Positions 38,820 through 49,654 of a DNA stretch of 62,239 nucleotides are shown one piece after another. Source of the DNA: a virus (Duplodnaviria > Caudoviricetes); the IMG/VR virus record IMGVR_UViG_3300030202_000729, positions 1 through 62,239 of that record, one strand, 5' to 3'. The notes under the pieces are model-generated. The model was given only the letters and a program-made list of their open reading frames with translations. It ran no database searches and had not been told where the DNA came from. The stretch's first letter is position 1, and each line of letters begins with the position of its first letter. A program made the position numbers and the translations under genes.

Positions 38820-40370
38820 TTAGGCTATTCTATACACACTAACTGCTGAAGAACCTGTACGTCTAATTCTAAATCGTCCAACTCCTGAAGTAAATGCATC
38901 TTCTGCTGCGTCCTGTGCTGATATAACTGCAGCACCTACTAGTGTTACGCCAGTACCTGCAGTCAAGGTTACAAAAGATGTACCATCTGTTGCTAAGTTT
39001 ATTAAGCTAAAGTCAAAAGCGTCGTCATCTGCTGTCAACCCAAGAGTGCTGATGTAGTTGGCTGCAGTGTCTGTAGCCTTACTTCTATCAGCTGTTGGGG
39101 TACATGTTACAATACCAGTCAGCACGTTGGCTGCAGATACTACTGTAGTACCGTCATCTGTTGTAGCAGGAGTATTCTGATGCAATACAACGCCTGCATC
39201 ACCTCTTTGGATAACACCAGCAGCGAATGTCACATTCTGTGAGTTGTCCACAGTTACAGCAGTTGTAGCGGTGCCTGAAGATCCTGTCTTAATTACAACT
39301 GAACCGTCTGTACCAGATCCCGCTCTAAGACCACCATGTATTTCTGTGTCGCCTCCGTTGCCGTTAGTATCACCTGCACCAGCTTGTACAACTACTTTAC
39401 CTCCTGCATTTCCAGTGCCTGATGCACTAGAACCTGATATAGTCAATGCGGGGCTTGATCCTGATGTACATGCATTCATAGCTATTGCCTGAGCTGTACT
39501 TCCATTAGAAGGTCCCAGAGATATGCCAGAGTTGATGTTCAGGTCACTTGTAAAGTAGGGTGTAGGTGTAGAACTGCCTATAAAGACTTTTCCCGTACTG
39601 TCCAGTCTGATACCTTCTGCACTACCATCACCTGACAGGAATCCTGTACCAAGGTCAATAGTGTTGTTAGCCATATCTAGTGAACTTGATATAGTACCAA
39701 TTGCAGATGCAATACTAATACCTCCATCAGAGTTGGTAATAGTAATGTTTGTACCTGCGGTTAGTGTACCTACTGCAGGACCACTGCTTCCCCCAATAAG
39801 AACTTGCCCGTTTGTAGACATTGCTACAGCAGCAAGTGTATCAGTTCCTGAGTCCTGTGTTATGATTACAGACTTATCTGCAAACGCAGTAGCCCCAGTA
39901 CCTCCATTCGCTACTTTCAATGTTCCAGTTACGTGTGCTGAATTGCTGAGTGTAGCTTGTGAAAGGAATGCTGAGCTGGTATTGTTACATGCACTTAGAT
40001 CAAGTTGTGCTTGATTGATGTCCAATACCAAGTTTGTCTTTGTCAGGTCTGAGCTTAGGGTCTCATTCTTAATTTCAAGTACAGTATCATTAGATCTGAT
40101 TCCTTTGAAAATAAGAGTGTTCTTTTCATTACCTGTTATAGTATTACCAAAACCTCCTCCTACAAATAGAGGTGTTAGGGTAGATGTACCCAGTGCGCTG
40201 CCTAGACTCTTAGTACCTGAGGTAGTACTGCCATCTTGTAGCACAGGAAACACATCCTCTAGCTTGTAAGCAGACGACTCTGATGTTTTGCTGTTTTGTA
40301 TAACTAGCCTCTCATTTGATACAGAGGCACTTTTGGATTTTAATCCAAGATCTACGATTCTTTTTGCCAT
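38820..40370 (-). CDS. tail fibre protein
   Basis: 516 aa Gly/Ser/Thr-rich; VTGTLKVANGGTGAT and LTAGTNITITN fibre motifs. Confidence 0.75.
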   Translation of the reverse strand: MAKRIVDLGLKSKSASVSNERLVIQNSKTSESSAYKLEDVFPVLQDGSTTSGTKSLGSALGTSTLTPLFVGGGFGNTITGNEKNTLIFKGIRSNDTVLEIKNETLSSDLTKTNLVLDINQAQLDLSACNNTSSAFLSQATLSNSAHVTGTLKVANGGTGATAFADKSVIITQDSGTDTLAAVAMSTNGQVLIGGSSGPAVGTLTAGTNITITNSDGGISIASAIGTISSSLDMANNTIDLGTGFLSGDGSAEGIRLDSTGKVFIGSSTPTPYFTSDLNINSGISLGPSNGSTAQAIAMNACTSGSSPALTISGSSASGTGNAGGKVVVQAGAGDTNGNGGDTEIHGGLRAGSGTDGSVVIKTGSSGTATTAVTVDNSQNVTFAAGVIQRGDAGVVLHQNTPATTDDGTTVVSAANVLTGIVTCTPTADRSKATDTAANYISTLGLTADDDAFDFSLINLATDGTSFVTLTAGTGVTLVGAAVISAQDAAEDAFTSGVGRFRIRRTGSSAVSVYRIA

Positions 40371-40371
40371 T

Positions 40372-43300
40372 TTAGAATATTATTTCGTTGTCATCAGATC
40401 CAATAATGCCTGTATTAGATTGAATAGGTTTAGTATTGTTTCGGTCTGGTAAACTCGGACCAGGGTCATTAACTATAGTGCAGTTCTGACAGAACTTTAT
40501 CATAAACTCATATAGAGTTCTTAGATAAGTCTGCCCAGACTCATTGTTTATTTTTTGTCCCCGTATGGTCTTACACCTAACCCAGAATTCATTGCTCGTG
40601 GTTTTAGTTGTAGGACTTATTTGTTGTGCTGGTACATCTCTCTTAGCGATGTGGTAAGATGATTTAGTAAGACCTCTTACATTTCTTACTACCCTCACTG
40701 TCTCTCCAGCACTGTATGTGCTCTTTGGTGTCCATCTCTTAGATCCTCCTCTTATCCAGTCTGTTCTACAATCTCTTTCTTGGTACTTGTTCCTAAGAGT
40801 TTTATTATCGTACTCACAACTGTACAAGCAAGACAAATCTAATCCCTGATTGAATAGGTAGTTTATTAGAGTAAGTTTGATTAGATCGTGTTCGCTAGCA
40901 TTCTTTACTCCAGATCTTAGCTTAAACAACATCTTACTTCCTTCTGTTGCAGAGCAAGTCATAGCTTCAGTTCTCCATACGTCAAAAGTTTGACCGTTGA
41001 ACATAGGATCGCATGATATCTCTAAGGTTTCTACCTCCTCTATAATTACGTTTGGATCTTTTATTGGCGGCTCATCAGGGCAATTTCCAAGTTGTATACA
41101 ATCTGGAACAGGGGGTTCAGGACAATCTGCGTCTTCAGGACAAGGATTTATAACAACTGTGTCACAGTCAGGATTGGTAGGATCTGGACACTCTGGGGTA
41201 TCGCAATCTGGATCTACATTACCAAATTCGTCTTCACACTCATCATCATCATTGTTCTCTACGCAAAGTTCTGAATCAGGAGCACAGCTACAATACTCGC
41301 AGTCGCCAGGTACAAATACCTGAGCATCTGGATTATAATTGCATGCTTCTGGATCTCCGCACCCTTCTTCATTACCAAAGGTCTCATCACATATCTTAAG
41401 TCCCCCAGTCTCCTCATCCTCGCACTCTTGGCATTCTGGAAGTTCTGGGTTTGTTATACATGTTTCAGTACCATCGTAATTGCAGTTACCTGCATCGAAG
41501 TTTGCAGCTGGATCGTAGTTAGTAGCTGACTCATCTGTACATCCAGGATTAAAGTCATCACAATCCTGAGGGTTTAACACTTCATTGCACGGCTCATTAC
41601 AACTTCCATTAGGGATGTTGGTTGTATTAAGATCTATAGTGAACGTTTGAAGTTGGTCCAAGAATTGAACCAGCTGGTCCAAACAATCAACTAGAGTTAA
41701 ATCTACAAGAGTTGCTACTGAATGAGGTATACAAACTACAAGGTAGTTACCTGCATACATTCCGTTAGTAGAAAACATCCCTTCGGGAACTGTTGTAACA
41801 TTTGTGGCTAGGAACCCTCCTACTACAACACCGCCTTGTCCAGCTACGATAGGTGGGTCAGTAGCCTCAGAAGCAAGAATAGAATCAGATTGTTGAGAGT
41901 AAAGAGTAAGCAGTGTTTCACTACCAACACTCTGATTTCCATTTATCATAGAAACAATGCCTATGTTAAAATCAGGTGATATCCCATTACCGTCAGGGTC
42001 AGTATCAACTGTAAAGCTAGCTCCCCCTACTGCAGTATCCTGCAAGAAATTTTCTTCAGTAAGATTGCCTTGCCCATCGTCAACAGGCTCTGTTGCACAC
42101 TCTGCTTCACTATGTGTTATTGATATGGCGGTTACAACTGTTGCCTCAAATACGTTAGTACAGTCTTCATATATACATGTGTCATTGTACAAATCAAAGG
42201 GTGTACCGTCATTGTACTCAGTGGTAGCATTTGGGTCGTAGTTAGTTGCTTCTTCGTCATTACACCCTGCAATAAACTCTGGACAGTCTTCTCCTATACC
42301 AACACTCACCAAGCCACCATCTGATCCATCTGGAGTAATACTACTACATAGAGGTAGAGTAGGATCTTGTGATGGGAATGGACTTCCTAATTGAGTTAGA
42401 TAAACGTAGTATTGCCCTTGAGGTATATTGTCAAATAGAATATTTACTGCATTCAGGTTTTGAGGTTCTACACCTCCACTCAACTCCATGTAATCTGCTA
42501 TGCTAAGTACTTGTATAGAGCCCACTGACGCTCCTCCCTCTGCAGGGAATATCTCAATCTCAAATTGGAACAGCTGTCCCTGTGTTACAAGTGCGTACTC
42601 TTGACCAGATATGTCTGATCCTGTGTACACCCCGAATACATTTACAGCAATTTGTCCTGAACCTACGTTTGTAAATCCAGTTGTAACATCTCCTATAAGG
42701 TCACATTCAAAGGAAGTGCTCGTTATACAGAAGTCTATAAAGTTAGTACAGTCTACAAAATCCGGAGGGAAAACACATAGTCCATCTTTGTCATTGGTCC
42801 CTTTAGACTTTTTCCATGTTCTGCTGCTAAGTATACTAGACTGACAGAAAGCGTAAGGATCTTGTGAATATCCTGCAGGGAAAGCGTTAGTGTTGCTCCA
42901 AGGATAACTGAAATCATCCCCCGCCCAGTTATCTGCACTAAATACATCACAGTCGCAGTACAGCACCCAGAAGTTGTAAGGCAAGTAATAAGTAATATTA
43001 CATTGCTTTGGGTTGATAGCCAATACAGCTAGGTATTGTTTGCCTGCTTGAAGTCCAAGTGTTGTATTTCCTAGATCGCCTGGGAAGTTTGTACCAAAAG
43101 ATAAATTCTGCGCTGTCCCATTATTTAAAAGTACATTGACTGTGCTGTAGCCCTCATTGATGGGAAGTGTTGTGTAAACATTACCTCCTACTCCCTGATT
43201 ACCCCACGCATATTGATCGTAGTCAAAAGCATCTATATCATAAATTAGCAGACTATAAGCACCTGCATCAACGTTATTGTTCCAATAGTTCAACCACTCA

Positions 43301-46300
43301 GACGGATCAATTGTAGTCCCCTCACCGTTAGCTGCTGATATAATAGCATTAGTGTTTACCCCTGCTTGAAATTGGAATGAAGTGAACTGTGCAGTACCTC
43401 CTGGGTTATCCCCTGCTATACCTTCGTCTGGTGGTGAGTAGTTTACTGCATTTCCTATGTTACCTACAAGCCACTCTTCATTGGCTACATTTAATCCTCC
43501 ATAAGCAGAACCATTTCCTACTGGGGGTGCATCTATAACGGATGCATTTACCCCGTAAGGTATGAAGTTGTGTGGGTCTACAGCCCCTGCAGGCAAAGTG
43601 TCTTTGCAGTATATACAGCTTCCATCATCTACGGTAGCCAGTTCATCAAAGTTTTGTGCATTTGCGTCTGTACATCCAGGCACCTCTTCAACAACTATTG
43701 GATCTTCGTACTCGGTTTGACCGAATACTACAAACTCATACTCTCTGCTCCAGTCTCCAATACCTGCAGCTCCTGATGTAATACCCCCAATATGATCTAC
43801 TGTTTTAGAAATCTTAATAGAACTAACTGCATTAAATACTACACCATTGTCATTCTGTAGGTTAAATTGCTCTACTGCTATATCTTCTACATCAAGATCT
43901 ATGAAAGGTCTATCAGTGGTAGTATCATTAATTTCTCCCAGCAATCTAAATTCTGTCTCCTGTACGGTAGTTTGGTTAAACAGTATTGTTGTAGTATTAA
44001 AATCCGCAAGACCTATTACTTCATTGTCTGTAGTATTATCTGTATTTATAGGATAGAGAGATCCGTCCAGCAAGTGCCTGCCTGGGGTGTATTTCCAATC
44101 GTATATGTTATACGCATTATCGTCTACAGGTAAAGAACTGCCTGTAACTACACCTGCAGCACTGAGATTGGTTTGAAATTGAATAGTATTTCCCCCAAAA
44201 TCAGTAGAAGTATCAACTCCGTCTATACTTATTGATGATAGAGTTGCACTTGCGTTGTATATATTGGTTTGCAAAAATGTCAACTCTGGATTAGCTGCTT
44301 CTACTCCTGCGGGATTTGTCAAAGTACTCTTTGGGTACAGAGTAATGAACGTTCTCATATTTGACAGAGAGGTTCTTCCTGCTGCATAGCTTAGATCACC
44401 TGTATTGTATACAGAGTTTACTCTTCCCCAAGGCTGCCTAGTATCTCTATCATATCCTACAGTGTGGATGTTTTGAGAAGAGCTGTAGCCGTCTGAGTGT
44501 GTATTATCTATCGTTAATGTAGTATTTGGATCTAGATTAACATGAGTAGGGCTGTAACTAAAAGGAACTTCGCTAAAACCACCTACATTGAAAAGGGTAG
44601 GAATAGAGTTTACTACTACGTTGTTAGCGTTTTTATACTGCTTACTAGTTACATAATCACTTACTCCTTGTGCTGGGGCAAACTCTGTTAAAACGTTTGA
44701 TTGAAAAAGTGTCCCATCTTCATCACCATTAACTCCTGGATATGCTGTCTTGTTTAGTACAGGGAAATCTATGTGAGAGTAAAAGGGCACAAGTGTAACA
44801 GCTACATTTGTTACCAAGTACTCTCCTAGGTTAGTAGGTTCTAGGTTTGATTCAACCCCAAAAGCATGGTCAGCTTCTGCAAAACTCAGCGCTTTGTTGT
44901 ACGGCAGTATAAGCCCAAACTCATCAAAACTTCCATTACCTTCTACATTAAGTATTTGATCGGTGTATGTTTGTTTGTTTCCTTCAGAAGTATTGCCTGC
45001 GTACTTCTTACCCATACAAGCTGCAAATGCTTGATTTTGTATAGTACTTATTCCAGCAGATTGGGTAGTTGCATTCCTAAAGAATTTATCCCTCTTGCCT
45101 ATTAGTAGGTTTACAAAGACATCTCTTGAGCCCCCTGCGTGTCCTTCATCAGCAGAATTATGTGATATATTGATGCCGTTTGCGCCATTATTAAACAAAG
45201 CACTATTTATACCGATAGAATCAGATGGAGGTATTATTCCTCCATTGTAGGGTCCTAGATTAGTCTCTGTTTCCTGCAGGTACTGACCTTTATACAAAGC
45301 TCTTAAGCCAAGTGTAATTTGTTTTACGTCTCTTTCTCCTTCTTGTTGTGAAGTTGGTCCAAGAGACTGGTAAAGATTTTCTCCATTAAGGCTCAAAACC
45401 TTTATGCACATTCCATCATGCATTATAGAAGTTCCTATTCCTGCACCGTACTGGGAGTTTATAGGACTAAATCTATTAGAAGGGTATTGGGAGTAAGTAT
45501 TACTGCCTTCAGCACTATTAAATTTTCCTAGCGCATTGACTTTACACCAATTTATACTTCCGCTATTAAGATTACCATCAGCTAATACTCCTTGGTTATT
45601 GTACTTTACTCCACTAACTGTGTCATATAAAGCAGAGCCTACTGCTGTATTAGCTGCTGAATACGTAAAGCCGTCTGCCCCTGTTTTTCTTGCAAAACTA
45701 TTTGAGAGTGTAGGGTTGTTTCTTCTATTCCAATCCCACATAAACTCACTAATCGCATCTATTCCTTCCCCTATATCCCCGCAGTTGTCTGGATATGTAT
45801 CGTATGTTTGCTGATGAAATACACCAGATAACTTTCCAAAGCTTAAGGGTTTATCATCTACTCTCCAGAACTCATGTTTCAGACCTTGAGATGAAACTCC
45901 TCCTTTAGAGTTACTTCTTATCCAAGCCCCTGCAGATATAAAAATATGCCTATCTCTAGCGTTTATTGGACCTTTTACGTCCCATGAAAGTCCATGCGCT
46001 CCATAATTTGAATCTTTTTCCAAAGGTTTAAATAAAGGATCGCTGTCTTGCGTCCTTAGTGGTATCTTCTCCGCTACTCTATTGTGTACTATGTATTGGA
46101 AAATCTCTTTGTGAGACCCGTCTGAAAATAGTACATTGAATCTTATGCTATATAAATCTTCTCTCCAGCTGCCGCTCTCCCCAATCTCGTATTGTATACT
46201 AATGATTTTATGCCCCCCTGGTCTGTAATCGTAGGTTACACTACGAATCTTGTTTAACAGAGCATCTCCTGTTATTATCTCATCTGAGCCGGCTTTAAGT

Positions 46301-46692
46301 ATACCTGTAGGCAGTATTCCCACTACCTCTGCAAATCCTTGTGTTCTTAAAAACAGGCCATCATTAACATCATTAGATATACTCCCATCAGGATTAGCTG
46401 CTGGACCTATAGATCCCAAATAGGTTCTATATGGAGCTATGATAGCAGTATTTGCATGATAATCATTAGTCCTAGAAGATATTGGGGTGACGTAGAAGTG
46501 CTTGGACGGCTTGTAGTTGACATTAATAGATTCGTCTTTAATGTTAACATCAGCTGCCTTCGCAGCTACAGATACAGAAGTAGAACCCCCTCCAGTTCCA
46601 CCACCACCTGTACCGGATGTGGTTTTAACTGTGGTAGTCTTAGTTGTTGTACTACTTTTAGTAGTCTTTGACGCTTTTGAGTATTTAGACAT
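40372..46692 (-). CDS. very large Cys-rich putative tail appendage / hub-fused adhesin
   Basis: 2106 aa; four GCxD..A.N[YF] repeats, an acidic Cys/Pro stretch, a CBM5/12-like WTPKSTYSAGETV segment; no signal peptide. Confidence 0.6.
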   Translation of the reverse strand: MSKYSKASKTTKSSTTTKTTTVKTTSGTGGGGTGGGSTSVSVAAKAADVNIKDESINVNYKPSKHFYVTPISSRTNDYHANTAIIAPYRTYLGSIGPAANPDGSISNDVNDGLFLRTQGFAEVVGILPTGILKAGSDEIITGDALLNKIRSVTYDYRPGGHKIISIQYEIGESGSWREDLYSIRFNVLFSDGSHKEIFQYIVHNRVAEKIPLRTQDSDPLFKPLEKDSNYGAHGLSWDVKGPINARDRHIFISAGAWIRSNSKGGVSSQGLKHEFWRVDDKPLSFGKLSGVFHQQTYDTYPDNCGDIGEGIDAISEFMWDWNRRNNPTLSNSFARKTGADGFTYSAANTAVGSALYDTVSGVKYNNQGVLADGNLNSGSINWCKVNALGKFNSAEGSNTYSQYPSNRFSPINSQYGAGIGTSIMHDGMCIKVLSLNGENLYQSLGPTSQQEGERDVKQITLGLRALYKGQYLQETETNLGPYNGGIIPPSDSIGINSALFNNGANGINISHNSADEGHAGGSRDVFVNLLIGKRDKFFRNATTQSAGISTIQNQAFAACMGKKYAGNTSEGNKQTYTDQILNVEGNGSFDEFGLILPYNKALSFAEADHAFGVESNLEPTNLGEYLVTNVAVTLVPFYSHIDFPVLNKTAYPGVNGDEDGTLFQSNVLTEFAPAQGVSDYVTSKQYKNANNVVVNSIPTLFNVGGFSEVPFSYSPTHVNLDPNTTLTIDNTHSDGYSSSQNIHTVGYDRDTRQPWGRVNSVYNTGDLSYAAGRTSLSNMRTFITLYPKSTLTNPAGVEAANPELTFLQTNIYNASATLSSISIDGVDTSTDFGGNTIQFQTNLSAAGVVTGSSLPVDDNAYNIYDWKYTPGRHLLDGSLYPINTDNTTDNEVIGLADFNTTTILFNQTTVQETEFRLLGEINDTTTDRPFIDLDVEDIAVEQFNLQNDNGVVFNAVSSIKISKTVDHIGGITSGAAGIGDWSREYEFVVFGQTEYEDPIVVEEVPGCTDANAQNFDELATVDDGSCIYCKDTLPAGAVDPHNFIPYGVNASVIDAPPVGNGSAYGGLNVANEEWLVGNIGNAVNYSPPDEGIAGDNPGGTAQFTSFQFQAGVNTNAIISAANGEGTTIDPSEWLNYWNNNVDAGAYSLLIYDIDAFDYDQYAWGNQGVGGNVYTTLPINEGYSTVNVLLNNGTAQNLSFGTNFPGDLGNTTLGLQAGKQYLAVLAINPKQCNITYYLPYNFWVLYCDCDVFSADNWAGDDFSYPWSNTNAFPAGYSQDPYAFCQSSILSSRTWKKSKGTNDKDGLCVFPPDFVDCTNFIDFCITSTSFECDLIGDVTTGFTNVGSGQIAVNVFGVYTGSDISGQEYALVTQGQLFQFEIEIFPAEGGASVGSIQVLSIADYMELSGGVEPQNLNAVNILFDNIPQGQYYVYLTQLGSPFPSQDPTLPLCSSITPDGSDGGLVSVGIGEDCPEFIAGCNDEEATNYDPNATTEYNDGTPFDLYNDTCIYEDCTNVFEATVVTAISITHSEAECATEPVDDGQGNLTEENFLQDTAVGGASFTVDTDPDGNGISPDFNIGIVSMINGNQSVGSETLLTLYSQQSDSILASEATDPPIVAGQGGVVVGGFLATNVTTVPEGMFSTNGMYAGNYLVVCIPHSVATLVDLTLVDCLDQLVQFLDQLQTFTIDLNTTNIPNGSCNEPCNEVLNPQDCDDFNPGCTDESATNYDPAANFDAGNCNYDGTETCITNPELPECQECEDEETGGLKICDETFGNEEGCGDPEACNYNPDAQVFVPGDCEYCSCAPDSELCVENNDDDECEDEFGNVDPDCDTPECPDPTNPDCDTVVINPCPEDADCPEPPVPDCIQLGNCPDEPPIKDPNVIIEEVETLEISCDPMFNGQTFDVWRTEAMTCSATEGSKMLFKLRSGVKNASEHDLIKLTLINYLFNQGLDLSCLYSCEYDNKTLRNKYQERDCRTDWIRGGSKRWTPKSTYSAGETVRVVRNVRGLTKSSYHIAKRDVPAQQISPTTKTTSNEFWVRCKTIRGQKINNESGQTYLRTLYEFMIKFCQNCTIVNDPGPSLPDRNNTKPIQSNTGIIGSDDNEIIF

Positions 46693-46703
46693 CTATATTC
46701 GTA

Positions 46704-47168
46704 TTAACATCCGCAGGCGCAGACTTCCGTACAAAGTTCTTTAGCTTTTAATACCTTGGCATTTGCCAATTCACCTGCACCCAATACTTGTGCTTCATGT
46801 TTTGCAGACTGTAACAATAGATGTATAGTCTGTGCTCTTTTTAAATCTTCAACACACTTGTTGCATTTACACGTACAGTTTATAGCGTCGTGTACGAGTT
46901 TAGCTATGCAACAGTCTATTTCTGCAGTAGAGACTGTATAGTTGTCTTTAACTATTACTCCTTTGCTATCTCGAATTACAGTACGAACAACACCAGTTGT
47001 TTTTAGTTTTACAGTCTTAGTGAAAGTTCCTTTACGTGAATTTTCAGAAAAAGTAGTAGAAGTACCTGTAGAAAGGTCTGTTACCTCAATGGTGTACCTA
47101 GTTCTTGGTTTAAGCTTAGAAGCTTTAACTCTTATTTTGGTGTCGTTATATACTGCTCGTGATGCCAT
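46704..47168 (-). CDS. putative tail hub protein
   Basis: 154 aa; CC, CxCxCxxC and terminal CxxxCxCxC clusters; position after the auxiliary capsid gene. Confidence 0.5.
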   Translation of the reverse strand: MASRAVYNDTKIRVKASKLKPRTRYTIEVTDLSTGTSTTFSENSRKGTFTKTVKLKTTGVVRTVIRDSKGVIVKDNYTVSTAEIDCCIAKLVHDAINCTCKCNKCVEDLKRAQTIHLLLQSAKHEAQVLGAGELANAKVLKAKELCTEVCACGC

Positions 47169-47185
47169 GATTTAAAAGTATTAAA

Positions 47186-47207
47186 GGGGGTGCCCAATTG
47201 CACCCCC
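47186..47207 (-). terminator. intrinsic terminator
   Basis: GGGGGTGC/GCACCCCC 8-bp stem followed by a T-rich tract on the minus strand. Confidence 0.75.
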
Positions 47208-47227
47208 ATTAATTTATAGATTAATTA

Positions 47228-48442
47228 TTACCAGCAGTACTCAACTGCAGCAGCAGCTGCGTCAGCGTTAAGTCTGCTAAGACCCCATACATCCTCGAAT
47301 GCAAGACCTGTAGCCTCAGCTGCGAATGATACATCGTTTGGAACGTACATAGTAGCTGTGCTAGTGTTGCCTTGTCCGTTGAATCCAGGCATTCCAGCGT
47401 TCTTATTGATGTACTCAATAACGAGTCTGTCATACCCAGTACCAGCAGAACCAGGAGCAGTGCTTGCACTAGTTACCCCACCTGTTGGGAGGTACATTCT
47501 GTTGAAGAACCCTTGAGAGTACTGTGCTTTCTTTTCAGCAGAAAGAACTTCTGCAAAAGATCCAACACCCATCTCTGGAGCAGTAGTCTCACCACAAGTG
47601 TGGCTCTTGTTACCATTAACAACAACAAATGCATCAATGATCTGTCCTTGGAACTTAGCTTCAAGTACCAAATCATTACTGCTTATAGTAGTAGTAATGA
47701 AGTCACTGAAGGAGTTCTTACCACTAGCGTTATCAGCAATTACCAAATCAGCAAAAGCATTGTGCATATCAGCTTCAACATCAGTTGTGCAAACAAACTC
47801 AGAAGATCTGTAGATACGCTTAGGGTTGTCAAATGCAGCAGACAATGCCGGTGTTACGTTAGTCACAGCACCGCTTGGGTTAATCTGTGCTTCGTAGCGA
47901 GCAACATCTCCAGGAAATCTTGTTACCAAAATCAACTGTAGAGTATCACCTGATACAACAGCAGTTGTCAAACCAGAAGCTGCTGCAGTAATCTTGTGCA
48001 ACACTGGTGCATTAAATGGATCCCAACGAAGTCTTTTAACTTGACTAGTGTGGATGATTGGTGAAGCAACTGGCTGACCACTAGGCATAGCCTGAACAAT
48101 TTGGAACGCTTGGTTCAACCACTGCGGGCTAGTAGGTTGAGCTGTAATAACGTGTTGATCTGCTGCAACGTTGCCAGCTTCCCCAATACTATCAGTTGCC
48201 CAAGCGCCATCAGCAGCTGTAATCTTAGCTACGTTGTCTGGTTGTATAAGTGACAATGCTGCCGTTGTTCCGTCTAGGAACTGTTGGCCGTAAGGGTCCC
48301 ATATCCCACACATAGCGGTCTCGTGAACATCACCTCCTGCTGTAACGTGAGCAAGGTTAGACCAATCTTGCTTGGTGCTCCCACTACTTTCAATATTAGC
48401 TATAATAGGTGTAAGAGTGTTCGAAATAAAAACTTGATTCAT
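47228..48442 (-). CDS. putative auxiliary capsid (decoration) protein
   Basis: 404 aa; GVGSFAEV..EKKAQYSQGFFNRMYLP motif; followed by a terminator; crAss synteny. Confidence 0.6.
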   Translation of the reverse strand: MNQVFISNTLTPIIANIESSGSTKQDWSNLAHVTAGGDVHETAMCGIWDPYGQQFLDGTTAALSLIQPDNVAKITAADGAWATDSIGEAGNVAADQHVITAQPTSPQWLNQAFQIVQAMPSGQPVASPIIHTSQVKRLRWDPFNAPVLHKITAAASGLTTAVVSGDTLQLILVTRFPGDVARYEAQINPSGAVTNVTPALSAAFDNPKRIYRSSEFVCTTDVEADMHNAFADLVIADNASGKNSFSDFITTTISSNDLVLEAKFQGQIIDAFVVVNGNKSHTCGETTAPEMGVGSFAEVLSAEKKAQYSQGFFNRMYLPTGGVTSASTAPGSAGTGYDRLVIEYINKNAGMPGFNGQGNTSTATMYVPNDVSFAAEATGLAFEDVWGLSRLNADAAAAAVEYCW

Positions 48443-48472
48443 GATTATTTATTTTTTCATGATTAAACAAAA

Positions 48473-49654
48473 TTATTCACTTTCTAGGACCTCCCCAGAT
48501 TGTGATTGATATCTAGGAGATTCAATAGCCTCCAAGATGCTTTTAATTGCCATCTCAACTACCTCATCATGGGTATGTTCTGGCAACTCGGAACCAGAAC
48601 CTGTTGCTCTGCGCATAAGGGCTGGTCTCCGTAAATATTTTATTACTGTCGTAGTTGGCAAGAACATTATGTTCGAATACAAATCTACGAAATTTTCCTG
48701 CATTGTATACAAAGGAGATGAAGCTTTTGTCGTTGAAAATGGATCATCTAACACTTTGTATATATCATCTTGCTGAACGTACTTACAAAGTGTGCGTTTA
48801 GTCAAGAACTTAGTGTCGTTTGCAGAGTGCGTTCTTGTCTGGTTAACAAGACTAATAGGGGGCTGCATTACATTTATCGTTTCTTCATTGCCCGCTCTAT
48901 CTTTAAATATCAAGATAGCATAAGCTCCTGCATGTGTTGCATCTTTACCATCTGCACTCATTGAAAAGAATCCTCCATCTTCTGAAGATTCAGCTTCATT
49001 CCTTTTTAGAAATATTTCATTAGCATCTGCAGGTGGAGAATCTGAAGACTTTCTATTGCTAGTCAGATCACTGAATGTGTCATTGGGAGAAAGACTGGGC
49101 TCTATACCAAATGGGTACGTGTCTTCTCTGAGATCATCTATGGTTAATCCATTTTGATTGCTCCTAATTGTATCCGCTCCTCCTTCTTCGTTTGCTATCT
49201 GTATCTCTACTAGATAGTACCCCTGTAGGTTCAGTGTTGTAGGTATTCTTAGGTAATGGTCTGTACTGTTGGTTACAGATATCTGTATTGGCTTATTGCA
49301 TCCATCCTTTACCTCACTACGCACACTGAGTAGATGCATGTAATCTAGCGGCAGCTTGTACCTATCTACGAAGATGTCTCCTCTAGAACTCGATGTATAC
49401 ACCGGTCCCATATAAAAATTTTCGTAAGCAGTAAAGTCCTCCACTAAGTTCCTAAGATCGTCAAGTCTTTTTTGAGACTGTTCAAATCCTTGTTGCTTAG
49501 CATTGGACGTGCTAGAATATCTCTGCTTGATGAAACGACGCTGAGCTAAATTAAGCTCGTGGTCTATCTCTTCAGGCAAGAGATTGTCAACCTGGAAAGA
49601 CCCAATTTTTTGGACTCCCAGGTTGACTGCTATATGCATCTCTTCTATTGTCAC
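48473..49654 (-). CDS. tail ring / neck protein
   Basis: 393 aa; PEEIDHELNLAQ..GFEQSQKRLDDLRNL and YLRRP..ELPEHTHDEVVEMA motifs. Confidence 0.7.
   Translation of the reverse strand: MTIEEMHIAVNLGVQKIGSFQVDNLLPEEIDHELNLAQRRFIKQRYSSTSNAKQQGFEQSQKRLDDLRNLVEDFTAYENFYMGPVYTSSSRGDIFVDRYKLPLDYMHLLSVRSEVKDGCNKPIQISVTNSTDHYLRIPTTLNLQGYYLVEIQIANEEGGADTIRSNQNGLTIDDLREDTYPFGIEPSLSPNDTFSDLTSNRKSSDSPPADANEIFLKRNEAESSEDGGFFSMSADGKDATHAGAYAILIFKDRAGNEETINVMQPPISLVNQTRTHSANDTKFLTKRTLCKYVQQDDIYKVLDDPFSTTKASSPLYTMQENFVDLYSNIMFLPTTTVIKYLRRPALMRRATGSGSELPEHTHDEVVEMAIKSILEAIESPRYQSQSGEVLESE

Noticed and set aside
34053-46692. Diversity-generating retroelement targeting fibre genes
   Set aside because: No reverse transcriptase and no template/variable repeat pair noticed in the window
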